Source of the DNA: Methanobacteriota archaeon
GTDB lineage: Archaea > Thermoplasmatota > Poseidoniia > Poseidoniales > Thalassarchaeaceae
NCBI GenBank assembly: GCA_016845345.1
Contig: JAERSV010000039.1
Coordinates: forward strand, 1,113 to 65,112
Direction: 5' to 3'
DNA length: 64,000 bases
Below are positions 26,395 through 34,222 of this stretch, piece by piece. The stretch's first letter is position 1, and every line of letters begins with the position of its first letter. The notes under the pieces are model-generated. The model did no database searches, was not told the DNA's origin, and worked only from the letters and a program-made list of their open reading frames with translations. The position numbers were made by a program, and so were the translations under genes.

Positions 26395-27813
26395 TCATCT
26401 GCGTGGTGGGCCACGCTTTTTTGGACCGCCGGGAGGGCCGCCACGCTTTGGCGGACCGCCGGCTTTTGGAGGTCCACCTTTGGAAGGAGGGCCACCGGGA
26501 CCACCGCGGCTTGGAGGGCCACCCGGTCCACCGCGACTTGGAGGACCGCCTCTACTTGGAGGGCCACCGGGGCCACCCGGTCCACCGCGACTTGGAGGAC
26601 CGCCTCTACTTGGAGGGCCACCGGGACCACCCGGTCCACCGCGACTTGGAGGACCGCCTCTACTTGGAGGGCCACCGGGACCACCCGGTCCACCGCGACT
26701 CGGAGGACCGCCTCTACTTGGCGGACCACCGGGGCCACCCGGTCCACCGCGACTCGGAGGACCGCCTCTACTTGGCGGACCACCGGGGCCACCCGGTCCA
26801 CCGCGACTCGGGCCTCTTGGAGGACCTCCTCCGCTAGGAGGCCCGCCTCCGGGGCCATCTTCCTCATCATCCTCGTCATCGTCTTCGAACATTGCCCCGC
26901 AATTTGGGCAAGCAGGGTCGGATTCCATTACTGGATAATGACCACAAGCCTCGCAAGCGAATTTCTCTTCATCGTCTTCAACCTCTTCTTCTTCCGGTGC
27001 TTCGCCCCACACATGGGAAACTTCACCTTCTGTAGATGAGAAGAGAACCACAGAAACTGATAATTCAAGTCCTTTGAGAGCAACCTCTGTTTGAATTGCA
27101 TGTGAAAAAGCATTTGAGAGGTCTGAGGGTGTATCCAATACCCTGCCATCATCAATGTAAGTGACATTGACTCTTACTAAATCATCTTCCAAAGAGATTT
27201 GTGGAGATTCAACAGCCACACCTCGCTTCCGTGCAACTCGGCGAACAGCAACCTCAGCCATTCTTCTTAGAAGGCCAACCGAAGGTCCATCCTTCGGGTC
27301 AGGAGGTGCATCCCCTAATGCATCTTCAAGAAAACGAGCGGCTCCTGAAGCAACAGAATCTTCACGGCGTAGATGGGCCGGTAATTCAGAATTAACTTGA
27401 GAAAGAACATCGGTTGCTGTTTGTTGATTCATAGAAAGCCACTCGCTGCGGGCTTCTGTCTTTTGCTCTTTTTCAGCAACAACCATGCGGTCAACAACTT
27501 GGTTTGTTCCAGACATAGCACCACCAAAAGCATCAGACATATCGGCTGATGCGTTTTCAGATGGAGCGGGATCTGCTGGTTCTGCGCTTTGACCAGACTT
27601 CATTTGAAATGCCAACTGATTGAGCGTGTCAACATCCATCGCTTGAGGTGCAGGTTGACTCACCGCATCATCCTGACCAGCCGACTGAACTGCTTGTGGT
27701 GTCACAACCCCGAAAGAACGCCCCCCTGCACTTGACAAGTCTTGCCTTGCGCCACACTCTGGACAGAAAATTGAGTCATCGGGGATTTCATCTGAACATG
27801 ATTGGCAGTCCAT
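26395..27813 (-). CDS. Zinc-ribbon protein with long Pro/Gly/Arg-rich repeat tail
   Basis: Has an N-terminal ribbon CQSCSDEIPDDSIFCPECG and a second ribbon CEACG...CPNCG. These are followed by an acidic stretch, ~150 aa of GGPGGPGGPPSRGGPPSR repeats, and the basic end KKRGPPRR. Confidence 0.7.
   Translation of the reverse strand: MDCQSCSDEIPDDSIFCPECGARQDLSSAGGRSFGVVTPQAVQSAGQDDAVSQPAPQAMDVDTLNQLAFQMKSGQSAEPADPAPSENASADMSDAFGGAMSGTNQVVDRMVVAEKEQKTEARSEWLSMNQQTATDVLSQVNSELPAHLRREDSVASGAARFLEDALGDAPPDPKDGPSVGLLRRMAEVAVRRVARKRGVAVESPQISLEDDLVRVNVTYIDDGRVLDTPSDLSNAFSHAIQTEVALKGLELSVSVVLFSSTEGEVSHVWGEAPEEEEVEDDEEKFACEACGHYPVMESDPACPNCGAMFEDDDEDDEEDGPGGGPPSGGGPPRGPSRGGPGGPGGPPSRGGPPSRGGPGGPGGPPSRGGPPSRGGPGGPGGPPSRGGPPSRGGPGGPGGPPSRGGPPSRGGPGGPGGPPSRGGPPSRGGPGGPPSRGGPGGPPSKGGPPKAGGPPKRGGPPGGPKKRGPPRR
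26473..26830. repeat. 54-bp tandem repeat, ~6 copies (GC-rich)
   Basis: tccaccgcgact(t/c)gg recurs at 26527, 26581, 26635, 26689, 26743 and 26797 (exact 54-bp period). Several frames on both strands are open across it. Confidence 0.9.
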
Positions 27814-28016
27814 GGCTTAACCCCCTACAACCCTACGGGTTGCCCCCCTCAGTAAAAACCGTTGCCGCGTATGGATTTTATTACAGGCTGTTTATTCGAA
27901 CTGAGATGCTGACTAAAACCAATACATTGAGTCAATAATAGAAGATTCCAATTACCAATCCAAAAAACCACAATAGAAAAGATGAGATATTTGGGGAGAA
28001 GAACACCTTGGTATTC

Positions 28017-29030
28017 TTAGGCGTCCCGATTTGCCTCTAAAAGTCTCATGCACTTTCTTCGTGAGAACATTGCCCACAGTGTCTTATTCTTCAGTCGTTT
28101 TATTTCAGGGCGTGTTACCTTAACTCGGTTATCCGCATCGAGAACATTTTGAGATCCTAGCAATGTCAGAGTTCTCTGACCGATAAGGACAGGCAACATG
28201 CAGGCTGCTCTGAGTCTAAATTGGCGCTTTGGTAATAACCCGATGTATTCAACCGCAGCGTCCAAATGACTCCAAGCCAAATCAAGATATAAGTCAAAAA
28301 GTGGTCGGAACTTTTCCATATTTCCTTTGTCAAGTAAATCACTTGGAACTAGGTCATAATTTGTCATTGAATCAATTGGAATGTAGCACCTACCTAAAGC
28401 CAAATCAGCAGGGATATCTCGTAAAATATTAATCAGTTGTAATGCCTTACCAAAACGCACACCAGTCTCAAACATTAGTTTGTCCGTATCTTCATCGGCG
28501 TTGATACAATGAGCGAAGGACATTTGTGTCCAAAACTCCCCTACACACCCAGCAACTCGGTAAGTATAATCATCTAGTTCATTATCGTTAGATAGAAGTG
28601 TAATTGTCCCCTTTTCAGTATTTCCAAAGCGGTGTAAATCAAGGGTTTGGCCGCTAACAATTGTGTCTAAACATTGTCTAATTCTTTTCTTATCTTGGTC
28701 TGAAAATCGCTCTAAAGAACTAACAACTTCACTAACTTTTTCTAGTAATTTTGCCTCGTCAGGATTAGTCTGAAGTTGTGCTAAATTACTCAGATTTGGG
28801 GGGTCATTTCGATTTCCTTGAGCGTACTCATTGTAGTGACTAATATTGTCAATTAATTGGTTGGTATTTCCGCTAGCAGAATCTGCAATAGTGTCGGCTA
28901 ATCTTGCCAACAGGTAAAGCAAGCCAATTTGACCGCGAATCTTCTTTGGTAAAACCTTCAAAGTTAGATAGAAAGAACGTGAGGTTTGCTCGAGCAGAGA
29001 ATCAATCTCTGGACTGATTAAATTAGCCAT
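28017..29030 (-). CDS. Squalene/phytoene synthase family protein (squalene-synthase/HpnC-like)
   Basis: SRSFYLTLKVLP, YLLARLADTIAD (DxxxD), YRVAGCVGEFW and NILRDIPADLALGRCYIP (second Asp-rich motif). Confidence 0.75.
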   Translation of the reverse strand: MANLISPEIDSLLEQTSRSFYLTLKVLPKKIRGQIGLLYLLARLADTIADSASGNTNQLIDNISHYNEYAQGNRNDPPNLSNLAQLQTNPDEAKLLEKVSEVVSSLERFSDQDKKRIRQCLDTIVSGQTLDLHRFGNTEKGTITLLSNDNELDDYTYRVAGCVGEFWTQMSFAHCINADEDTDKLMFETGVRFGKALQLINILRDIPADLALGRCYIPIDSMTNYDLVPSDLLDKGNMEKFRPLFDLYLDLAWSHLDAAVEYIGLLPKRQFRLRAACMLPVLIGQRTLTLLGSQNVLDADNRVKVTRPEIKRLKNKTLWAMFSRRKCMRLLEANRDA

Positions 29031-29160
29031 GACTCCACCTCCACTTGACCTGTTAGTAACCTGTTCTTACTCCGGTATTAATCTCTTTTCAAACGGAGGT
29101 TCATCTTGAACTACTGCAATCAATGTGTTCGGCCCTAAGGGCCGTTGGGTTCATTAAGAG

Positions 29161-30423
29161 ATGTTAAACACACTCTCAACGAGGCGCATGTCTGAAGCAG
29201 CGAACATCCGTGATTCGCACATCTTTGATGGTGTCTCTGAGAGTGATTTGAACTCTAATCAGCAAGAGCGATTAGAGCAGATTCGTTCAGCCGTTGAAAT
29301 CTCTCGAGAAGCTGTAAAAGCGGTCAGCATAACTGCAATCGATTTGTTGAAAGAAATCCCAGCCTTCATGGCTGGTCTTGATTTTGAGGCGGAATTAGTC
29401 AATCCATTTGCCCACATTGAGGCACCAATTTGGGAAGAGGAAACAGTGCCTCAAGAAATGATGGAAGCGGCGTATGCTTATTGTGAGTTACTAACCCGCA
29501 AAGAAGCCGGAAATTTCTATCACTCTTTCAAGTATTTGCCAGATGAACAACGAAAAGCAATGTGCGCATATTACGCATTTTGCCGCCGAGCAGATGACAT
29601 TGCGGATGGCGACTATGTGGATGTGTTCCCTGGTAGTGAAGGGGCGCAAGACCCGGAAGCAAAGGAGTACCGCGAAAGCCTTGAGCAATTGACTGGTGAC
29701 AAAAGTGTGTTAGACGCACCAACATATCGTGACAAATTAGCCCAACTGTTCTTTTTCCGCAAAAAGTTGTCCACCGCTTACAATTGCCACGCATCTACAG
29801 ATCCAATCTTCATGGCTCTGAAAGACACTGTTTCACGGTTCAATGTTCCAAGAGAACACCTCGATGACTTGATTTCTGGCATGGAAGATGACCTATACAC
29901 AAACCGTTACAGGACATTTGATGACCTGTACAAATACTGTTACAGAGTTGCTTCCACTGTCGGACTCGTCTGTATTGAGGTATACGATTATGACGACCCT
30001 GTGGCGGTAAAGTATGCTGAGTCTTGGGGAATATTCATGCAAATGACAAATATCTTGCGAGACGTTGCTGAAGATGCTGGTCGAAATCGAGTTTACTTGC
30101 CATTGGAAGATTTAGAGCGCCATGGAATCAAGCCAAGTGAATTATCAGGAGACTTGGCCAATGACAAGCGCTGGCACGCTTTCTCTGCTGAATTTATTGA
30201 GAAGATTGAAACTTATCACAAGCGTGCTCTCAAATTGTTGCCTCTTCTTAACCGCAAGGCTCGATATTCGCCAGCGGCGATGATGGCATTTTATGGTTCA
30301 ATATTGAAGAAGATTAAGAAACGCGATGGTAATATCTTCCACGGTCAAATCAAACTTTCAAAAGTTGAGAAAGTGACTCTAGCAGCAGCCATTTATGCCA
30401 AGCAGCGGTTTTTCCGCCTGTAA
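29161..30423 (+). CDS. Phytoene/presqualene synthase family protein (CrtB/HpnD-like)
   Basis: NFYHSFKYLP, YYAFCRRADDIADG, YCYRVASTVGL and NILRDVAEDAGRNRVYLP. The conserved domain begins near residue 100, so ATG 29458/29461 are alternative starts. Confidence 0.75.
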   Translation: MLNTLSTRRMSEAANIRDSHIFDGVSESDLNSNQQERLEQIRSAVEISREAVKAVSITAIDLLKEIPAFMAGLDFEAELVNPFAHIEAPIWEEETVPQEMMEAAYAYCELLTRKEAGNFYHSFKYLPDEQRKAMCAYYAFCRRADDIADGDYVDVFPGSEGAQDPEAKEYRESLEQLTGDKSVLDAPTYRDKLAQLFFFRKKLSTAYNCHASTDPIFMALKDTVSRFNVPREHLDDLISGMEDDLYTNRYRTFDDLYKYCYRVASTVGLVCIEVYDYDDPVAVKYAESWGIFMQMTNILRDVAEDAGRNRVYLPLEDLERHGIKPSELSGDLANDKRWHAFSAEFIEKIETYHKRALKLLPLLNRKARYSPAAMMAFYGSILKKIKKRDGNIFHGQIKLSKVEKVTLAAAIYAKQRFFRL

Positions 30424-30504
30424 TTGAAAACGCCCATCTTAAAGGATGGGAGCAGTAAGCATGAAACAATGAATCCAAGCCGAAAAGAATAGAGGGGTGA
30501 GTAA

Positions 30505-32277
30505 ATGAGAGTAGCAGTTCTTCTTGATGACAGATGTCAGCCAAAAAAATGCGACGACCAATGCCACGCTTTTTGCCCACCAGTACGTAACGGCCAAGAA
30601 TGCATTGTGTTCCATGAAAAAACAAAAAAGCCGATAATTTCAGAACAACTCTGTATCGGCTGTGGAATCTGCGTAAACAAGTGTCCATTTGACGCATTAG
30701 TAATTCAAAATCTTCCAGAAGAATTGGAATCTGACATGATTCATAGATATGGCAGAAATGGGTTCCGTCTTTTCCGCCTACCAGCACCGCGTGAGGAACA
30801 AGTGGTGGGAATACTCGGTCAAAATGGGATGGGCAAATCAACCGCGATCAACATTCTCTCGGGGGGCCTCACACCTAACTTGGGTGACTGGCATATTGAC
30901 GCGGCTGAGTGGGACGAGATTCTAGGGAGCCTACCAAAGGGAGAGTTACGAGATTACCTTGAACTAGTGGCTGGCACAGGGGTAAGGGTGGCTCTCAAGC
31001 CTCAATATGTTGACCATATCCCGAAGGCATTCAAGGGTCAAGTCGGTGAATTGTTGGCAACTGTTGACGAGCGGGATGCAATGAAAGAAGTCACTACGGA
31101 CTTAGGAATTGACCATTTGCTTGAGAGAAATTTACCACAACTTTCTGGCGGCGAATTGCAGAGAGTTGCTATCGCCGCCACATTGTTGAAAGATGCAGAT
31201 GTCTATTTCTTTGATGAGCCATCATCTTATCTTGACATATTTGAGAGAATGAGAATTGTCAAAATATTGCAAAATCTTTCCGAAGGAAAACGAGTCATCG
31301 TGATTGAGCACGACTTGGCTATTCTCGATGTTCTGTGCGACCTTGTTCACATCGTTTACGGGACTAGGGCGGCATTTGGAATTTTCACTCCCCCACGTTC
31401 AACTCGCAAAGCAATCAATGCCTATCTTGACGGCTTTTTAGTTGAGGAGAATGTACGGATTCGCGATAAACCTATCTCTTTTGTGAGAGGTACTGTGCGT
31501 GAAGAGGCGGTGGGATTACCTATTCTAGAATGGGGAGACTTAGAGAAAAAACTTGGAAATTTCCAACTCACAACAGGAAAAGGTACACTTCATGAAACAG
31601 AAGTGGTTGGGGTTGTTGGTCCTAATGCGACTGGCAAAACCACGCTAGCCAAGATATTTGCTGGGGAATTGGAGATGGACGCTGGATGGTGCACGATGGA
31701 GGCGAAGGTTTCCTATAAGCCGCAGCACATTACTGCAGAATTCCCCGGTTCAGTACGCGAATGGCTAGATGCTGAAATTGGCAGTTCTTGGCATGTGGGT
31801 GAATTTCAAACTAGAGTTGTTAGGCCATTAGAGGTTGACAAATTGTTGGAACTTGATGCGTCTCGCCTATCTGGAGGCGAATTACAAGCAGTCTCAATTG
31901 TAATCTGTCTTGGTAGGGATGCTGACATTTATTTGTTGGATGAACCAAGTGCTCATTTGGATGCTAACGCAAGAATGGAGGCGGCGAAGGCTATCAGGAG
32001 AACCATGGAGTCCAATGAAAAATCGGCAATGGTGATTGACCATGACATATATTTCATAGATATCGTTAGTGATTCTTTACTTGTGTTTGAGGGTGAGGGA
32101 GGAACCGCAGGAGAAGCGATTGGGCCACTAACATTGAGAAAGGGAATGAATCGATTTTTGAAAGGAGTTGGAGTTACTTTCCGTAGAGATCATGATTCAA
32201 AGCGACCACGTATCAATAAAGAAGCCAGCCAAAAAGACCGTGAACAGAAAGCGAACGATGATTACTACTACAGTTGA
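30505..32277 (+). CDS. ABCE1 / RNase L inhibitor homolog (ribosome recycling ATPase)
   Basis: An N-terminal Fe-S domain (CQPKKCDDQCHAFCP; CIGCGICVNKCP) is followed by two ABC cassettes (GQNGMGKST, GPNATGKTT, 2 x LSGGELQ). SD aggggtgag. Confidence 0.92.
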   Translation: MRVAVLLDDRCQPKKCDDQCHAFCPPVRNGQECIVFHEKTKKPIISEQLCIGCGICVNKCPFDALVIQNLPEELESDMIHRYGRNGFRLFRLPAPREEQVVGILGQNGMGKSTAINILSGGLTPNLGDWHIDAAEWDEILGSLPKGELRDYLELVAGTGVRVALKPQYVDHIPKAFKGQVGELLATVDERDAMKEVTTDLGIDHLLERNLPQLSGGELQRVAIAATLLKDADVYFFDEPSSYLDIFERMRIVKILQNLSEGKRVIVIEHDLAILDVLCDLVHIVYGTRAAFGIFTPPRSTRKAINAYLDGFLVEENVRIRDKPISFVRGTVREEAVGLPILEWGDLEKKLGNFQLTTGKGTLHETEVVGVVGPNATGKTTLAKIFAGELEMDAGWCTMEAKVSYKPQHITAEFPGSVREWLDAEIGSSWHVGEFQTRVVRPLEVDKLLELDASRLSGGELQAVSIVICLGRDADIYLLDEPSAHLDANARMEAAKAIRRTMESNEKSAMVIDHDIYFIDIVSDSLLVFEGEGGTAGEAIGPLTLRKGMNRFLKGVGVTFRRDHDSKRPRINKEASQKDREQKANDDYYYS

Positions 32278-32285
32278 GTGATTTA

Positions 32286-34181
32286 ATGCCAGTTGTACTT
32301 CCACCAAGCGCAGGATATCTTGGCAAGAGCAGGCGCCGGATTTCAGCCAGTGGCTTAGTCACTTGGGAGCGCTGTCCACGCCAATGGCACTATCGCAGAA
32401 GAATTGGACTCAATGATGCTACAAATCCTGAAATGATTATTGGATTAGTTGTTGAAGATGCACTTTGCGGGCTTTTCATGCAACGTTTTCCTGAAAACGA
32501 AACGGCAATGCCGGGGCTAGTAGAATGGGTGAATTTTAGCCGCCAAGAAAACGGGTTAGGGAAAATTAGCCCTAATGATGAGGTCATTATCAAAGATTTA
32601 GAATCAATTTCACAATGGATGGAATTGGTTATTCCTTCATTAGTTCAGGAAGTTCAGAGACTCTTACAAGCGCGTTGGGATGCCACTCAATGGAAATCCG
32701 CTGGCCGTGATATTGCAGAAGTTAAAGATGAACGAATTGAGAATCTAATTCGTGGTGGAATCAAATTACAATTAGAAGAAGTTGAAAACTGCTTCAACGC
32801 TGGTGGCGGGCCACATCTCAAATCTTACAGAAATGCAGGTGACCCGTTCACAGTTCCGGCACCTTGTTGGGATGAAGTACCGGTTTCTCCGGGTGAAGAT
32901 GCAAATCGTAGTGCGACTGATGGATTTGAAAAATCAGGTGATGTCACTATCTGGGAAGCCTGGGAAATCGCTAGACCATGGGTCAAAGACCCAAGAATTG
33001 CCGTGCCTCAAAGGCTCTTTCACCCTGATGGTTGGGCCGCTGGTGAGATGGATTTGGTACACAGATGGGACGGAAATGTCAGAATCTGTGATATTAAGGC
33101 AAGCGCTGGTACAAGCGGATATTCTGCTGGATTAGCCAATCAACTTCGGTTTTACCAGTGGCTATGGGGAATTACCCGAACCCACTCAGGCCGGCCTAGT
33201 AAAGGCGAAAGTGGTGGTGAACTTTCCGGTCTCGAAGGGTGGTACTTGAATGGTCCGCACAGAAAAATAGTTGAATTGCTAGATGAGAAAACCCTTGATT
33301 CAGAATCTGCTCGTTGGAAAAATATTCACGAACAAATGACTCTTTCGGGACTACACCCCACTCACCTCGCGCCTGCTGACCCTGCACCTTGGCTAACTCA
33401 CTCACCGGGAGGAAAAGCACTTCCTGTTGAAGATGAGGAGGAGGCTAAATCGTTGACTTGTAAACGATGTACTGCGGCCGCATTTTGTGATGCTGCCCCA
33501 GAGAAAATACAAGCAAAAGCACTTGCAGCCTTAACTCCACCTGAACTTGGTAATCCTGAGAATTTGGTTGCGTCTTTGGTACCAAAAGCACCTTGCACGA
33601 TGATTTCTGAGATACCTCAACGGCTCAATGTTAAGGGTGAGGTAAAGGGACAATGGGGTCCACTATCGAACCACTTTGGCGAAGAAGTACGAGGGGCAAC
33701 AATTGTTGTGGGGAGCACGAACGTAACGATCGAAGAGATGGGTGCGGAGTCATTTGGTGAAATTCCTTCAGGCACTGAATTAGCATTACTTGATGTAGCT
33801 CCCGGAGTATGGCGGCGGATGACAAGATTATATCTTGACGAACATAGTTCAATGAAGCCAGTCGACGAAGTAGATGATGTTGAATTTACCAGACTTGGAT
33901 TAATTCCAACCAAGGCGAACCTCTCTGGGCAGGTTGTTAGCAGAGGTGGCCACAGTGGTGTCAACGCTAGAGGGAAGCCTTGGTCAATGTCAACTTGCCA
34001 CATATGGGACGGTGAATCAGTTATCGAAGTCGTTGCCTTTGGCTCAGCAATTACGAGAACTTTTCAAAAATTACAAGTTGGTGATATTGTACGGATTCTA
34101 GCCGCTGAATTAGGATGGAGAGATGGAGTGCCGCAAGTAAGAATTGACCAGCGTAATACCCGACTTGAAGTCAAAGAGTAA
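32286..34181 (+). CDS. Cas4/AddB-like iron-staple PD-(D/E)xK nuclease fused to C-terminal OB-fold-like region (paralog A)
   Basis: Motifs: SASGLVTWERCPRQW, VVEDAL, GEMDLV, ICDIKAS, QLRFYQWLW and CKRCTAAAFC (CX2CX5C, nt 33459-33488). The beta-rich C-terminal ~180 aa includes ...MSTCHIWDGESVIEVVAFG...LQVGDIVRI... ATG lies 8 nt after the ABCE1 stop. Confidence 0.7.
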   Translation: MPVVLPPSAGYLGKSRRRISASGLVTWERCPRQWHYRRRIGLNDATNPEMIIGLVVEDALCGLFMQRFPENETAMPGLVEWVNFSRQENGLGKISPNDEVIIKDLESISQWMELVIPSLVQEVQRLLQARWDATQWKSAGRDIAEVKDERIENLIRGGIKLQLEEVENCFNAGGGPHLKSYRNAGDPFTVPAPCWDEVPVSPGEDANRSATDGFEKSGDVTIWEAWEIARPWVKDPRIAVPQRLFHPDGWAAGEMDLVHRWDGNVRICDIKASAGTSGYSAGLANQLRFYQWLWGITRTHSGRPSKGESGGELSGLEGWYLNGPHRKIVELLDEKTLDSESARWKNIHEQMTLSGLHPTHLAPADPAPWLTHSPGGKALPVEDEEEAKSLTCKRCTAAAFCDAAPEKIQAKALAALTPPELGNPENLVASLVPKAPCTMISEIPQRLNVKGEVKGQWGPLSNHFGEEVRGATIVVGSTNVTIEEMGAESFGEIPSGTELALLDVAPGVWRRMTRLYLDEHSSMKPVDEVDDVEFTRLGLIPTKANLSGQVVSRGGHSGVNARGKPWSMSTCHIWDGESVIEVVAFGSAITRTFQKLQVGDIVRILAAELGWRDGVPQVRIDQRNTRLEVKE

Positions 34182-34222
34182 AAAATAGGGAACTCTTGAA
34201 GAACCTTGGCCACTAAGAGGGA

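Noticed and set aside
26358-27039. Four additional ORFs (26358..26879 -, 26365..27039 +, 26403..26837 +, 26480..26938 +) over the 54-bp repeat
   Set aside because: They are shadow frames of a GC-rich, stop-free tandem repeat. Only the 472-aa minus-strand frame connects to a non-repetitive N-terminal domain with zinc ribbons and a proper start.
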